Shown here: piece by piece, positions 1 through 10,925 of the stretch
Position numbering within the stretch: the first letter of the stretch is position 1
Layout of the letters: each line of letters opens with the position of its first letter
NCBI GenBank assembly: GCA_964549305.1
Contig: CAZJVM010000001.1
Coordinates: 32,001-96,000 of the forward strand
Direction: 5' to 3'
DNA length: 64,000 nt
DNA from: an uncultured bacterium
Lineage (GTDB): Bacteria > Schekmanbacteria > GWA2-38-11 > J061
The notes under the pieces: model-generated
Seen by the model: only the letters and a program-made list of their open reading frames with translations
Databases searched by the model: none
Told to the model about the DNA's origin: nothing
Made by a program: the position numbers and the translations under genes

Positions 1-486
1 ATGAAATCCGACGGCACCGAAGAGATGCAGGTGACGCACACACCGGTTTGGCAGGAAGGCGGAGCTTTTTATATGCCCGATTCGGAGACTATACTTTATC
101 GTGCGTGGAAGAAGGAATATGATTCACAAAGAAGAAAACCGATGACAATTTTCACTATAAAGCACGACGGAACGGGCCATAAACAGATAACTCACGATGA
201 CGAAACCAATTGGGCGCCTTATCCCCATCCGGACGGAGTGCATTTCGCTTTTGTAAAGGTTTTACCTCCTTCGGATCCCGCGATTCCTATGCCAAATTTT
301 GAAATCTATATGATGAATCTTGAAACAGGGAAGCAGACAAGGATGACCTATGACGATGGATTCGACGGTTTCCCCTCAATTTCTCCAGACGGTAAAACAC
401 TGATGTTTTCATCGAGCAGGGCAGCGACTTCAACTGAAAGAGCTCTGAAACTTTTCCTTATGGATATAAGCAATTTCAAGGACTGA
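1..486 (+). CDS. TolB-like/PD40 beta-propeller protein (5' end probably outside the window)
   Basis: Repeated P-x-x-x-PDG blades (APYPHPDG, FPSISPDGK) and 'IYMMNLETGKQTRMT' segments. Confidence 0.75.
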   Translation: MKSDGTEEMQVTHTPVWQEGGAFYMPDSETILYRAWKKEYDSQRRKPMTIFTIKHDGTGHKQITHDDETNWAPYPHPDGVHFAFVKVLPPSDPAIPMPNFEIYMMNLETGKQTRMTYDDGFDGFPSISPDGKTLMFSSSRAATSTERALKLFLMDISNFKD

Positions 487-510
487 TTTCAGTTCAAGAA
501 AACGACGTAT

Positions 511-547
511 AAAAAAATAGGGGACATAGCTGTCCCCCATTTTTTTT
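511..547. terminator. Bidirectional intrinsic terminator between convergent genes
   Basis: A-tract, stem GGGGACA-TAGC-TGTCCCC, then T-tract; lies between the convergent stops at 486 and 560. Confidence 0.8.
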
Positions 548-559
548 GGTGACAATAGG

Positions 560-1537
560 TTACGTAAGGCACTTCAATATTTCCTCTACAAGGGGTTTAC
601 TCCCCACATAGAGGGCAGTGCGTTGATGATGTTTTTCCGGTACTATATCGAGAATAGGCATGCCGTTTTCATCGATTGCCGTACCACCTGCCTCTCTGCA
701 CATAAATGAAACTACTGATGCCTCGTACATTAATCTGAGTTTTCCCTGCGGTCTGTTTTTTTCAGGATTGAGATGATTGACGATGGCGGGATACATAAAC
801 ATTCCGCCGTTTCCAAGCAAGCGGTGAAAGTCTCCCGCTAAAGCGCCAAGATAACGAAAAGCGTATTTCTTTTCATTCTCGCTAATCCAATTTTGAACGG
901 ACTCTTTAAATGTATAACGGTTTGCCGCGTTAAAGGAAAGTTCCCATTTCTTTCTGTCATCAGGAAGAAATACGCGTACCGGTTTTACAAATGTCATTGT
1001 TTCGTCAATATGAAAACGCCAGCACCCCGCATCCCTGAGGGCAATGGTAAATGTTCCAGTCGGTATTACGAACATTCCAGAAGCGATATAGTCATTTCCC
1101 GCTCTCAGATGACCGTCTTCAGCGCCTTCAAGATTGCGTTTTGCTATTCCGAACATAAATCCCACGGGCAGCATATGTGATACATTCGATGAACCGTCCA
1201 GTGGGTCGAAATAAATAAAGTACCTTCCGCTTCCCGTATCCATCGGGATGATGTTCTCCGCTTCTTCGCTGACCGCGTGAATGACTCTTTTGGATGATTT
1301 GAGATAGTGGATTACTATTTCGTGGGCAATCTGGTCCATTCTGAGTACATTTTCACCTTGAACGTTTATTGTGCCCGCACCGCCGAGATTTCCCCTCAGC
1401 GCGCCTGTTACATAGTAGTGCTGAATATGTTTTGCCGCGCTTAAGATGGCATCCATAAGAATGAGAAAGTGATATGTGCGATTGTATTTTTCCTGATGGT
1501 GGTAAAGAAAATTCATAAATGTTTGTTCGAATTCCAT
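560..1537 (-). CDS. fbp: Fructose-1,6-bisphosphatase class I
   Basis: Motifs NVQGE, SEE, FDPLDGSSN, RYLGALAGDFHRLL, GKLRLMYEA. Confidence 0.92.
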   Translation of the reverse strand: MEFEQTFMNFLYHHQEKYNRTYHFLILMDAILSAAKHIQHYYVTGALRGNLGGAGTINVQGENVLRMDQIAHEIVIHYLKSSKRVIHAVSEEAENIIPMDTGSGRYFIYFDPLDGSSNVSHMLPVGFMFGIAKRNLEGAEDGHLRAGNDYIASGMFVIPTGTFTIALRDAGCWRFHIDETMTFVKPVRVFLPDDRKKWELSFNAANRYTFKESVQNWISENEKKYAFRYLGALAGDFHRLLGNGGMFMYPAIVNHLNPEKNRPQGKLRLMYEASVVSFMCREAGGTAIDENGMPILDIVPEKHHQRTALYVGSKPLVEEILKCLT

Positions 1538-1793
1538 CGCGTCTCTCCCCTCAATTTAGATTTTCTCGGATTGTTTTGAATGAATAATATTAACAATTAA
1601 AAAAAAATTATAATCGGAAAATCCGGATAAAAATACAGTAATAATTGCCTTTTTGTAAAACAACGCCTATCAAAAATCAACCTGTTAAATGATTTTGCCG
1701 CCACATACGTTTCCGATTTAAATTGACATAATTACTTGATGAAATTTAAAGGCGGTTCTGTTAGAATACAGCTAATTAATTAACGGGGTATAT

Positions 1794-2903
1794 ATGCGCA
1801 TTATAGACAGGTATGTAGTAAGAGAATTTCTAAAGTATCTTGCCACGACACTTTTCGCGTTCGTTGCAATCTATTTCATAATAGACATTTTCGAAAGAGT
1901 GGACGATATAATAGAGCACAGCGTGCCATTATCCGTTGCTCTCAAGTATTATGTCTATAAATTTCCATATATGTGTTTCAATGTTTTTCCCTTTACGCTC
2001 TTGTTTGCGTCTCTTCTGACTGTGCGTCAGTTTGTGGCAAATAATGAAGTTGTCGCCATAACGGCAAGCGCAATAAGTCCATACCGTTTTCTCTTTCCCA
2101 TTGTAATAATAGGTGTTGTTTTTGCCGTTTTCATCTTTGCCGTAAACGAGATGATACTACCCTATACGAACGAAAAGTATGAAGAATACGGCTATACCAT
2201 AAGAGGTAAAATGGACCCCGCATACCGTCCCTCAAATGATAAAGTGCAGGAGAGATGGTACAGGGGAGACAAGAATACCTTTTATAATATGGATATTCTT
2301 ATCAAATCCACTCAGGAGGTGCAGAAACTTACCATTTATAAGGTTGGTGAAAATTTTGAGCTGAAAGAAAGAATCGATGCCGACAGAGCAAGATACAGAA
2401 ATGACAAATGGATTTTCAAGAACGGTATTTCGCGAAAATTCAGAAAGGATAACTGGGTCGTGAAGGATGAGTTTGAAAAGGAAGCAAAGGAAATTCCCCA
2501 AAAGTTCGAAGATTTTCTTAAGACGGAAAAAGACCCGGAATCTATGTCGTATCTGGAGCTTAAAAGATATCTCGAAAGAATCAAAAAGGGCGGTATAGCG
2601 CCCAATCAGTCAATAAAGTATCTTGTGGATTTATACAGCAAGTTTTCAATTCCGGCATCCGCGGCGGTTATGACCCTTCTCGGCATTCCTTTTGCCATAA
2701 GAAGCAGGCGTTTCAGGGGGGCAATGTCGGGTATCGCTTTAAGCATAGGAATAGGGTTTTCCTACTGGATAATCTTCTATCTTTTCGTCTCTCTCGGACA
2801 CGGGGGAAAACTTCCCGCCATACTTGCCGCATTCGGTCCCGTTTTTATTTTTTTGGGACTGGGGTTCTATATGTTTTCAGACCTTAACCGCAGAATTATC
2901 TGA
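1794..2903 (+). CDS. lptG: LPS export ABC transporter permease LptG (LptF/LptG family)
   Basis: N-terminal MRIIDRYV, 3 TM + periplasmic domain + 3 TM, NEVVA..ASAIS coupling helix, C-terminal LPAILAAFGP. Confidence 0.82.
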   Translation: MRIIDRYVVREFLKYLATTLFAFVAIYFIIDIFERVDDIIEHSVPLSVALKYYVYKFPYMCFNVFPFTLLFASLLTVRQFVANNEVVAITASAISPYRFLFPIVIIGVVFAVFIFAVNEMILPYTNEKYEEYGYTIRGKMDPAYRPSNDKVQERWYRGDKNTFYNMDILIKSTQEVQKLTIYKVGENFELKERIDADRARYRNDKWIFKNGISRKFRKDNWVVKDEFEKEAKEIPQKFEDFLKTEKDPESMSYLELKRYLERIKKGGIAPNQSIKYLVDLYSKFSIPASAAVMTLLGIPFAIRSRRFRGAMSGIALSIGIGFSYWIIFYLFVSLGHGGKLPAILAAFGPVFIFLGLGFYMFSDLNRRII

Positions 2904-2904
2904 C

Positions 2905-3414
2905 CTATATGTAATCCTTTATCAGGTTTACATAGTTTTTCGCTCCCTGAAGAATTGCCTTTATTTCGTCGTCAGACAGTTTCCTTTTAGCTTTTGCGGG
3001 TATTCCCACAAGGAGTGTGCCCGGTTCGATTCTGCTATGTTCCGGCACTACTGCGCCTGCGCCTATTATGCACCCCTCTGCTATGTGGGCATCGTCGAGG
3101 ATTATGGCGCCCATTCCGATTAAACAATTGTTTCCTATTTTGCACCCGTGCAAAATGGCACCGTGTCCCACTGTCACATTGTCTCCCACAATCAGAGGAT
3201 ATGTGTCGGTAGTTACGTGAAGAAGGCATCCATCCTGAATATTGGTCATATCACCGATTTTTATGTAATTTACATCTCCGCGCGCTACGGTTTTATACCA
3301 GATGCTCGATTTTTTCCCGACGGTAACATCGCCGATTATGTCGGCGCTTTCGGCAATGAAAGCCGATGAATCTATCGAAGGTTTTATATCCTTATAGGAA
3401 AGAATCATATTCAT
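2905..3414 (-). CDS. Gamma-carbonic anhydrase family (YrdA-like) hexapeptide-repeat protein
   Basis: RGDVNYIKIG, NIQDGCLLH, TVGHGAILHGC with His ligands. Confidence 0.9.
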   Translation of the reverse strand: MNMILSYKDIKPSIDSSAFIAESADIIGDVTVGKKSSIWYKTVARGDVNYIKIGDMTNIQDGCLLHVTTDTYPLIVGDNVTVGHGAILHGCKIGNNCLIGMGAIILDDAHIAEGCIIGAGAVVPEHSRIEPGTLLVGIPAKAKRKLSDDEIKAILQGAKNYVNLIKDYI

Positions 3415-3572
3415 TTCTCCTCTGTCATTTTACGGAATCATTGAATTATAATAATTGCATAATAGACGTCAGTTTTTATCACGGTATTGCAAATTTACGA
3501 AGATATTTTTTTGACGCCGACGCCTGATTAAGGATATGAAATTAAATCTCTGTTGTCTTTAATGAGGGAATT

Positions 3573-4487
3573 TTGCTAATTTACGGTATGACAAATGTTA
3601 TGAAATATATATCCGACTATATGGAATTCCTCGATGTTGAAAAAGGGCTTTCCGCAAATACCATTGCTTCCTACAAAAACGACCTTAACGGGTTTGTATT
3701 GTCGATAGAAAAAAAGAGAAGGAATAATGTCAGAGCGATCACTTCGTCGGATATAAGATTATATATAGCATCCCTGAGAGAAAGGGAACTTGCCGTTACG
3801 TCGATTACGAGAAAGGTTGTATCTTTAAGGAACTTTTTTAAATATCTCGTCAAGGAGAAGGCAATCGACAATGACCCGGCATCTAAAATAGAAAATCCCA
3901 GACCCTGGAGAAAACTTCCGGATGTACTCAGTATTGAAGAGGTTGAATCGATATTGGCAATTCCCGATGAAAGCTCAATTCTGGGGTTGAGAGACAGAGC
4001 AATACTGGAACTTCTTTATTCCTGTGGACTGAGAGTTTCCGAACTTACTTTTCTGCTCGTAAACGATATAGACCTTGAATCCGGTCTTTTGAAAGCTACG
4101 GGGAAGGGGAATAAAGAGCGTCTTGTACCCGTTGGCGAAGAGGCACTTGAAATGGTTTCGAAATATCTTTCAACTGCGAGACATTCTCTTCAAAAAAATG
4201 ATATAACATCCAGAAAAATATTTTTAAACAGGTCGGGCAGAGGTCTTACAAGGCAGGCAGTATGGAAACTGTTGAAAAAGTACTGCCTTTTAGCCGACGT
4301 AAGGAAAAAAGTTACTCCTCACACCTTAAGACATTCCTTTGCGACGCATATGATAGAAAGAGGCGCTGATTTGCGTTCCGTGCAGATGCTTCTGGGACAT
4401 TCCGATATATCCACGACCCAGATATACACACATATATCACTGACTAGAATGAAGGAAGTTTACAAGAAGTTTCATCCAAGATCCTGA
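3573..4487 (+). CDS. xerD: Site-specific tyrosine recombinase XerD (start may be ATG 3588 or 3600)
   Basis: EKGLSANT, RDRAILELLYSCGLRVSEL, GKGNKERLVP, HTLRHSFATH, VQMLLGHSDISTTQIYTH, FHPR C-terminus. Confidence 0.9.
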   Translation: MLIYGMTNVMKYISDYMEFLDVEKGLSANTIASYKNDLNGFVLSIEKKRRNNVRAITSSDIRLYIASLRERELAVTSITRKVVSLRNFFKYLVKEKAIDNDPASKIENPRPWRKLPDVLSIEEVESILAIPDESSILGLRDRAILELLYSCGLRVSELTFLLVNDIDLESGLLKATGKGNKERLVPVGEEALEMVSKYLSTARHSLQKNDITSRKIFLNRSGRGLTRQAVWKLLKKYCLLADVRKKVTPHTLRHSFATHMIERGADLRSVQMLLGHSDISTTQIYTHISLTRMKEVYKKFHPRS

Positions 4488-4496
4488 AGAGCACAG

Positions 4497-5702
4497 ATGA
4501 AGAAAAATTTATTAAAAAAAATAAGAAGATATATTGTTTACGTTGCTGTCCTAATCTTCAGGTGTGCAGTTTCTCCTTTATCCTTCGGAGCAAAAAGCGG
4601 GTTGGGCGCGATTTTAGGATTCCTTTCATATTTGTTTCTTAAAAAGTCGCGAAATATCGCCATGAATAATGTGAGAAGGGCATTCCCCGGAATTGATGGG
4701 AGAAAAGCGGAAAGCATTGTAAGGGAGTCCTTTAAAAATATGGGAAGAAACATCCTTGAAGCGATTCATTTGGAGGGGATGTCTCCGGCGGAAGTAAAAA
4801 ATATGACGGAATATGAGGGGCTTGAAAAAATTAATGAAGCGATGAAAGAAGGGAAAGGAGTAATCGTAATAACGGGACACATCGGGAACTGGGAATTTTT
4901 TCAATCTGCTATGTCGTCTCTCGGATATTCCTCGACAGTGTTAGCGCAAAGATATTCAAATCCCTATATAGACAAGATGATAACAAAAATCAGAAATGCT
5001 TCAGGCACAAAGGTAATTATTAGAAGAAGGGGAAAGGAAAGGGAGTTGATGAAGGGAGTCTTAAGCGCGTTATCAGAAGGCGATGCCCTTGGGATTCTTA
5101 TGGACCATTACACGAAGAAAGGCGGGATTGCGGTGCCTTTCCTTAAGGGGGAAACAAGCGCGCCGGCAGGTCCCGCGCTTTTTGCCATGCGTACAGGCGC
5201 ACCGGTAATATTCGGATATGCAATGAGGATGAGAGAAGGTAAGTTTAAAGTTAAATTCACGAACCCCCTTAAAATTGTAAAAGGAAAAAACCGCGATGTG
5301 GCACTCGCCGTCAACACCTCGAAGTTTATTCAGGCAATTGAAGAGGAGATACTTAACTATCCGCGCCAATGGGCATGGATGCATAAATTTGCGAGAAAGC
5401 ACAGAAAAAGCGTAAAGCGTGTTGATTACGGGAAATTGCCTAAAGTGGTAATATACTCAAAAAAGGAGTGTTGCCTTTGTGACGAAGCAAAAGATATTAT
5501 TAAGGAAATATCCCGTAGATTTCCTTTGAACGTTGAAGAGGTGAATATTTCAGATGATGAAGAAAAAATGGAAAAATACGGAAGAGAAGTCCCCGTTGTT
5601 TTTATAGAAGGGAAAAAATTATTTAAATTAAAGGTTGAGAAGAATCGTTTCCAGGATAGAATTGCCGAGTGCCTTTATAATTTGAATTCCGAAAATGCCT
5701 AA
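4497..5702 (+). CDS. Lipid A late acyltransferase (LpxL/HtrB family) fused to a C-terminal glutaredoxin-like (DUF836-type) domain
   Basis: GHIGNWE and PRQWAWMHKF acyltransferase motifs; C-terminal YSKKECCLCDEAK...YGREVPVVFIEG thioredoxin-fold signature. Confidence 0.8.
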   Translation: MKKNLLKKIRRYIVYVAVLIFRCAVSPLSFGAKSGLGAILGFLSYLFLKKSRNIAMNNVRRAFPGIDGRKAESIVRESFKNMGRNILEAIHLEGMSPAEVKNMTEYEGLEKINEAMKEGKGVIVITGHIGNWEFFQSAMSSLGYSSTVLAQRYSNPYIDKMITKIRNASGTKVIIRRRGKERELMKGVLSALSEGDALGILMDHYTKKGGIAVPFLKGETSAPAGPALFAMRTGAPVIFGYAMRMREGKFKVKFTNPLKIVKGKNRDVALAVNTSKFIQAIEEEILNYPRQWAWMHKFARKHRKSVKRVDYGKLPKVVIYSKKECCLCDEAKDIIKEISRRFPLNVEEVNISDDEEKMEKYGREVPVVFIEGKKLFKLKVEKNRFQDRIAECLYNLNSENA

Positions 5703-6429
5703 TTACAAATTAAAGATACAATATGACGGGACCGTTTATGCCGGATGGCAGATTCAACCCCATGAAATGACTATCGAAAAAGTGATTGCCGATGTCATTG
5801 AAGAAATATTTCACGAGAAGATAAAGCTCATAGGGGCATCCCGAACCGATGCAGGAGTCCATTCAAGGGGGCAAACCGCGAATTTTCACATTTCAAAAGA
5901 GATTGATTTATTTACACTGAAGAAAGGTGTCAACGCGCTTCTTCCCGATGACATATCAATACAAAGCGCGGAAAGGGTTGATGATAATTTTCACGCACGA
6001 TTCAGCTCGAAAGGTAAGATATATAAATACTATATTTGGAACAGAGATTATAAAACTCCTTTTTATTCACTATACTCGTGGCATATTTTAAAGCGCCTCG
6101 ATATGGAGGCGATGAAAGCGGCATCTCGTTTTTTAAAAGGTGAGAAAGATTTTTCGTCTTTCAAGGCGTCAGGTTGCGATGCTAAATCTCCCGTAAGGCG
6201 GATAGATTCTTTTGACATCAGGAGTGAAGATGGTTTTGTCGTGTGTACCATAGAAGGAAGCGGTTTTTTAAAACAGATGGTAAGAAATATCGTGGGTACA
6301 TTGGTTGAAATCGGTACAGGAAGGATGACTCCCGTGGATATGGTGCACATTCTCGAAGTCCGCGACAGAAAAGCAGCAGGTCCCACTGCCCCTGGACGGG
6401 GACTGGTGCTTGTCAAGGTAAAGTATTAG
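5695..6429 (+). CDS. truA: tRNA pseudouridine(38-40) synthase
   Basis: YDGTVYAGWQ, ASRTDAGVH, FHARFS, FLKQMVRNIVG, TAPGRGLVL. Confidence 0.96.
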   Translation: MPNYKLKIQYDGTVYAGWQIQPHEMTIEKVIADVIEEIFHEKIKLIGASRTDAGVHSRGQTANFHISKEIDLFTLKKGVNALLPDDISIQSAERVDDNFHARFSSKGKIYKYYIWNRDYKTPFYSLYSWHILKRLDMEAMKAASRFLKGEKDFSSFKASGCDAKSPVRRIDSFDIRSEDGFVVCTIEGSGFLKQMVRNIVGTLVEIGTGRMTPVDMVHILEVRDRKAAGPTAPGRGLVLVKVKY

Positions 6430-6558
6430 TATGCACTGTCTGTAAAAGGAAAAACTTTTTCCGAAGGGAAATGCACATATAAAACGGTATGGAAATACAA
6501 TTCCAAAAAATATTATGGACAACGCCTGTCTTCTTTAGTATATATGAAAACTTGACTA

Positions 6559-6630
6559 AGGCACGTAGCTCAGCGGGAGAGCGCTGCCCTGACGCGGCAG
6601 AGGTCAGGGGTTCGAAACCCCTCGTGCCTA
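6559..6630 (+). tRNA. tRNA-Val(GAC), CCA not encoded
   Basis: Acceptor AGGCACG/CGTGCCT, D arm GCTC/GAGC, anticodon stem CTGCC/GGCAG with loop CT-GAC-GC, T arm AGGGG-TTCGAAA-CCCCT, discriminator A. Confidence 0.95.
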
Positions 6631-6684
6631 AGATGCGAGTTATTTCGGGGGGACTATGGGAGATATTAAAACGGTAGTTAATGT

Positions 6685-8607
6685 ATGAGCGAAATTGAAA
6701 TTTCTTTTGTTGACGGTGAGACACTGAAAGTTCCCTCAGGCAAGACTGTAGAAGAAATCCTTTCACAGAATAAATCCCCACTAAGGAAAAATGCCGTTGC
6801 CTGCAAGTTGGACGGTAATCTTTATGATTTGTCTTGCGTGCCCGGGAACGGCTCTGTCATAGATGTTATAGTTTCTGAGTCGGAAGAGGGAACCGAGATT
6901 TTGCGTCATAGCACATCGCACATTATGGCGCAGGCGGTGACAGAATTATTTCCCGGAACGAAAGTAGCTATAGGTCCGGCAATCGATAAAGGCTTTTACT
7001 ATGATTTTGAACGCGAGGAAAGTTTTACGCCTGAAGACCTCAAAAAAATAGAAAAGAGGATGAAAAAAATAGTCTCCTCAAACTCTTCCTTTTCAAGAAA
7101 GGTTATATCGAGGGAGGACGCTATCAGACTTTTCAGCGATAAGGGTGAAAAATATAAAGTGGAACTTCTCGAGGCATTGGAGGATGAAGAGGTTACAATG
7201 TATGAGCAGGGCACTTTTACCGACCTTTGCAGGGGACCTCATATCCCCAATACATCCAAAGTAAGGCACTTCAAGCTTCTCAATACGGCAGGTGCCTATT
7301 GGAGAGGTGATGAAAAGAACCCTATGCTTCAAAGAATTTACGGCACTGTATTCCCTACAAAAGAAGGTCTTGAGGGATACATCACATTTCTCGAGGAAGC
7401 AAAGAAGCGCGATCACAGGAAATTGGGAAAAGACCTTGAACTTTTCACAATCAGCGACGAAATCGGGGCGGGCCTGGTAATATATCTTCCAAAGGGTGCG
7501 CTTTTGAGAACTCTTCTCGAGGATTTTGAAAAAAAGGAACATCTCAGGAGAGGATATGACATTGTAATCGGTCCGCAAATTCTTAAAAAAGACGTTTGGG
7601 TAAAATCCGGACATTTCGACAACTACCGGGAAATGATGTATTTTACAAAAGTGGATGAGCAGGAATACGGTATCAAGCCGATGAACTGCATTTCACATAT
7701 GTTTGTATACAAGTCAAAGCTGAGAAGCTACAGAGATTTGCCAATGCGTCTTTTTGAGCTTGGCACTGTGCATCGGCACGAACGCTCGGGGGTCCTTCAC
7801 GGTCTTATGCGCGTAAGGGGATTTACACAGGATGACGCCCATATACTTTGCATGCCGGAACAGCTTCAGGATGAAATACTATCCATAATTGATTTTGTGG
7901 ATTATGTAATGAATATATTCGGTTTTGAATATGAAATAGAATTGAGTACGAGGCCTGAAAAATCAATAGGTTCAGACGAAGCATGGGATAGGGCTACACA
8001 GGCTCTCGAAGGCGCGTTAAAATCAAGAAATCTTCCCTATGATATCAACGAGGGCGACGGTGCCTTTTACGGGCCTAAAATAGACATAAAACTGAAGGAT
8101 GCCATAGGAAGGTCCTGGCAGTGCGCGACTATACAATGTGATTTTACCCTTCCCGAGCGATTCGACCTCACTTATGTTGACAGCGATGGTCAGCAAAAAC
8201 GTCCGGCGATGCTTCACAGGGTGATTTTGGGAGCAATGGAGAGGTTTATGGGCGTTCTCATAGAACATTTTGCTGGAGCTTTTCCCACATGGCTTTCACC
8301 GGTACAGGTAATAGTAATGACTATTACCGAGGCAGTTGACGGTTATGCCCGAAAAATTGAAGAATCTCTTAAATCTCAGGGAATAAGATGTAAGCTCGAT
8401 GTAAGAAACGAAAAAATATCTTATAAAATCAGGGAAGCTCAGCTTGCAAAGGTGCCTTATATGCTGATTATAGGCAAAAAGGAGATGGGAGATAATTTAG
8501 TTTCACTGAGATTGAGGGGAGGAAGTACGCCCGGTTCGATGACCGTTGAAGACTTTCTCAAAAAAATAAATGACGATATAAACAATAAAATGTTAAAACC
8601 CCTATGA
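6685..8607 (+). CDS. thrS: Threonyl-tRNA synthetase
   Basis: TGS domain, [34 protein letters not shown]. Confidence 0.98.
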   Translation: MSEIEISFVDGETLKVPSGKTVEEILSQNKSPLRKNAVACKLDGNLYDLSCVPGNGSVIDVIVSESEEGTEILRHSTSHIMAQAVTELFPGTKVAIGPAIDKGFYYDFEREESFTPEDLKKIEKRMKKIVSSNSSFSRKVISREDAIRLFSDKGEKYKVELLEALEDEEVTMYEQGTFTDLCRGPHIPNTSKVRHFKLLNTAGAYWRGDEKNPMLQRIYGTVFPTKEGLEGYITFLEEAKKRDHRKLGKDLELFTISDEIGAGLVIYLPKGALLRTLLEDFEKKEHLRRGYDIVIGPQILKKDVWVKSGHFDNYREMMYFTKVDEQEYGIKPMNCISHMFVYKSKLRSYRDLPMRLFELGTVHRHERSGVLHGLMRVRGFTQDDAHILCMPEQLQDEILSIIDFVDYVMNIFGFEYEIELSTRPEKSIGSDEAWDRATQALEGALKSRNLPYDINEGDGAFYGPKIDIKLKDAIGRSWQCATIQCDFTLPERFDLTYVDSDGQQKRPAMLHRVILGAMERFMGVLIEHFAGAFPTWLSPVQVIVMTITEAVDGYARKIEESLKSQGIRCKLDVRNEKISYKIREAQLAKVPYMLIIGKKEMGDNLVSLRLRGGSTPGSMTVEDFLKKINDDINNKMLKPL

Positions 8608-8620
8608 GGAGGTGAATGTT

Positions 8621-9175
8621 ATAAAAAAGTTTGATCGCCGAATTCCAAAAAGAAAACAGTCAAATATAAATGAAATGATAACAGCTAAGGAAGTCAGGCT
8701 TATTTCTTCAACTGGCGAACAGGTGGGAGTTATTTCCACAGAAGAAGCGAGAAAAATGGCTGAAGAGGACGGACTTGACCTTGTTGAAGTTTCTTCCAAT
8801 TCCAGTCCTCCCGTATGCAAAATTATCGATTACGGGAAACATTCCTTTCAGCAGAAAAAAAAGCAACAGGAAGCGAAAAAGAAACAGAAAGTAATTCAAG
8901 TCAAAGAAATCAAGTTTAAGTTAAAAACGGAAAAGCATGATATCGATTTTAAGGAAAAACATCTTGAAAGATTCTTAAATGACGGAAATAAAGCAAAAGT
9001 GAGACTAATGCTCTACGGGAGGGAAATGACATTGGTTGGCAGAGCGATTGACATGCTTAACCGCATTGCGCAAGACCTCAGTGAAATAGCCGTTGTTGAC
9101 CAACCGCCCAAGCAGGAAGGAAGAAATGTCATAATGATTCTTGCTCCCTTAAGCGCGTCCAAGAAAAAGAGCTGA
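8621..9175 (+). CDS. infC: Translation initiation factor IF-3, probable ATA start (ORF track uses GTG 8612)
   Basis: [41 protein letters not shown] at 8607-8614 overlaps the GTG and is properly spaced to in-frame ATA 8621. Confidence 0.95.
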   Translation: MKKFDRRIPKRKQSNINEMITAKEVRLISSTGEQVGVISTEEARKMAEEDGLDLVEVSSNSSPPVCKIIDYGKHSFQQKKKQQEAKKKQKVIQVKEIKFKLKTEKHDIDFKEKHLERFLNDGNKAKVRLMLYGREMTLVGRAIDMLNRIAQDLSEIAVVDQPPKQEGRNVIMILAPLSASKKKS

Positions 9176-9239
9176 ATTTGTTCTTGACTTTTTCACTGAA
9201 ATACATCATAAAGCCAATTTTTATTGGAGAAGAATTACA

Positions 9240-9437
9240 ATGCCCAAGATTAAAACAAATAGATCGGCAGCTAAAAGATTTAAGATAACCGGCTCCGGTA
9301 AGGTTAAGAGGAACAAAGCATTTAAAAGCCATCAGCTTAGTTGCAAGACGACAAAACAGAAAAGAAACCTTAGAAAGAGCAGTATTGTTTCAAAATCTGA
9401 TGCAAAAAAAATTAAAATGCAGTTGCCCTACAGTTAA
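9240..9437 (+). CDS. rpmI: 50S ribosomal protein L35
   Basis: [21 protein letters not shown]; infC-rpmI-rplT synteny. Confidence 0.97.
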   Translation: MPKIKTNRSAAKRFKITGSGKVKRNKAFKSHQLSCKTTKQKRNLRKSSIVSKSDAKKIKMQLPYS

Positions 9438-9451
9438 GGGAGAATGAGGAA

Positions 9452-9808
9452 ATGCCAAGAGCAAAAGGTGGTTTTAAAACCAGACGCAGAAGAAACAGGT
9501 TGCTGAAGCAAACTAAAGGATACTGGAATACAAAAAGCAGTTCCTACCACGTTGCGGCAGAACAGTTGTTAAGAAGTCTTCAGTTTTCATACAGGGACAG
9601 AAAAAGGAAAAAGCGTGATTTTAGAAGTCTTTGGATAATAAGAATCAATGCTGCAGCACGACAAAACGGCACTACCTATGGCAGGCTTATTTGCGGACTT
9701 AAAAAAGCGAACATTGACATAAACAGAAAGATGCTTGCACATATAGCCGCGACCGATCCTGAAAGTTTCAGCAAAATCGCAGAAACTGCAAAAGCTTCGT
9801 TTCAATAA
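9452..9808 (+). CDS. rplT: 50S ribosomal protein L20
   Basis: YRDRKRKKRDFRSLWIIRINAAAR, INRKMLA. Confidence 0.97.
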   Translation: MPRAKGGFKTRRRRNRLLKQTKGYWNTKSSSYHVAAEQLLRSLQFSYRDRKRKKRDFRSLWIIRINAAARQNGTTYGRLICGLKKANIDINRKMLAHIAATDPESFSKIAETAKASFQ

Positions 9809-9893
9809 GAGCTAAGAAACATTGTTTTTTTATCTTTCCTTTTGATACGATATGTATTGTCTTTCCATTAAAATCTTTTCAGGTGTATAATAG

Positions 9894-10925
9894 ATGAAAG
9901 ATAAGCTGACGCACATTCGCAATGATTTTACAAAGTCCTTAAAGTCCGCTAAAAATCAAGAAGACCTCGAATCTCTGCGTGTAAAGTATCTGGGGAGAAA
10001 GGGAGTCCTTACGGATGTTCTTAAATCCCTGAAAGAGCTTTCAGTTGATGAGAAAAAAACCATAGGCAAGCTCGCAAATGAATTAAAAAACTCCTTTGCG
10101 GGATTAATCAGTGAGAAGCAGTCTTCTATTAAAAAGATGCAATCGGGAGAAAAGGGAAACACATTATCGATTGACATCACACTTCCCGGAAGGTCTTTCC
10201 CAAAAGGGTCTTTACATCCCATAACAATTATAATGGGAGAAATTATAGATGTTTTTTCCACAATGGGATTTGAAATAGAAGACGGACCGGAGATAGAGGA
10301 GGATTACTACAACTTTGAAGCGCTGAATATCCCCCCTGACCATCCTGCCCGGGATATGCAGGACACATTTTATATAAGCGATGATGTCCTTTTGAGAACA
10401 CATACTTCTCCCGTGCAAGTCAGGACATATCTCAAAAAACAGCCGCCTATAAAGATATTGGCACCGGGTAAAGTGTTCAGGCGCGATGCCGACATTTCGC
10501 ACACTCCTATGTTTCATCAGATTGAAGGCTTTTATGTTGACGAGGGGGTTTCCTTTGCTGATTTGAAAGGTACCCTCGAAATATTCATTCATAAACTTTT
10601 CGGAAAAAACGCGAACATAAGGTTTCGTCCAAGTTTTTTTCCGTTCACGGAACCGAGTGCGGAGGTAGATGTGGAATGCGTTATTTGCGGAGGCAAGGGT
10701 TGCAGGGTTTGCAAGAATTCCGGTTGGATTGAAATAATGGGTTGCGGAATGGTTCATCCCAATGTTTTCGAAGCGGTTAAATACGATGCCGAAAAATATA
10801 CGGGCTTTGCCTTCGGAATGGGAATCGAGCGAATCGCAATGATTAAGTTCGGCATCGATGATATTCGGCTCTTTTATGAAAATGATATCCGTTTCCTTAA
10901 ACAGTTCAGGGCAGAAGCAAAATGA
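9894..10925 (+). CDS. pheS: Phenylalanyl-tRNA synthetase alpha subunit
   Basis: HPARDMQDTF, LRTHTSPVQ, FPFTEPSAE, GFAFGMGIER. Confidence 0.98.
   Translation: MKDKLTHIRNDFTKSLKSAKNQEDLESLRVKYLGRKGVLTDVLKSLKELSVDEKKTIGKLANELKNSFAGLISEKQSSIKKMQSGEKGNTLSIDITLPGRSFPKGSLHPITIIMGEIIDVFSTMGFEIEDGPEIEEDYYNFEALNIPPDHPARDMQDTFYISDDVLLRTHTSPVQVRTYLKKQPPIKILAPGKVFRRDADISHTPMFHQIEGFYVDEGVSFADLKGTLEIFIHKLFGKNANIRFRPSFFPFTEPSAEVDVECVICGGKGCRVCKNSGWIEIMGCGMVHPNVFEAVKYDAEKYTGFAFGMGIERIAMIKFGIDDIRLFYENDIRFLKQFRAEAK

Noticed and set aside
3573-4487. Tyrosine recombinase as a phage or island integrase near tRNA-Val
   Set aside because: Sequence has XerD hallmarks, sits in a housekeeping operon, and no duplicated tRNA 3' end (att site) was seen
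6413-6781. ORFs 6489-6677 (+) and 6413-6781 (-)
   Set aside because: They overlap the tRNA-Val gene; spurious
6631-9893. T-box or attenuator leaders before thrS or pheS
   Set aside because: Intergenic gaps are too short (about 54 and 85 nt) and no T-box motif or Phe-rich leader peptide was seen
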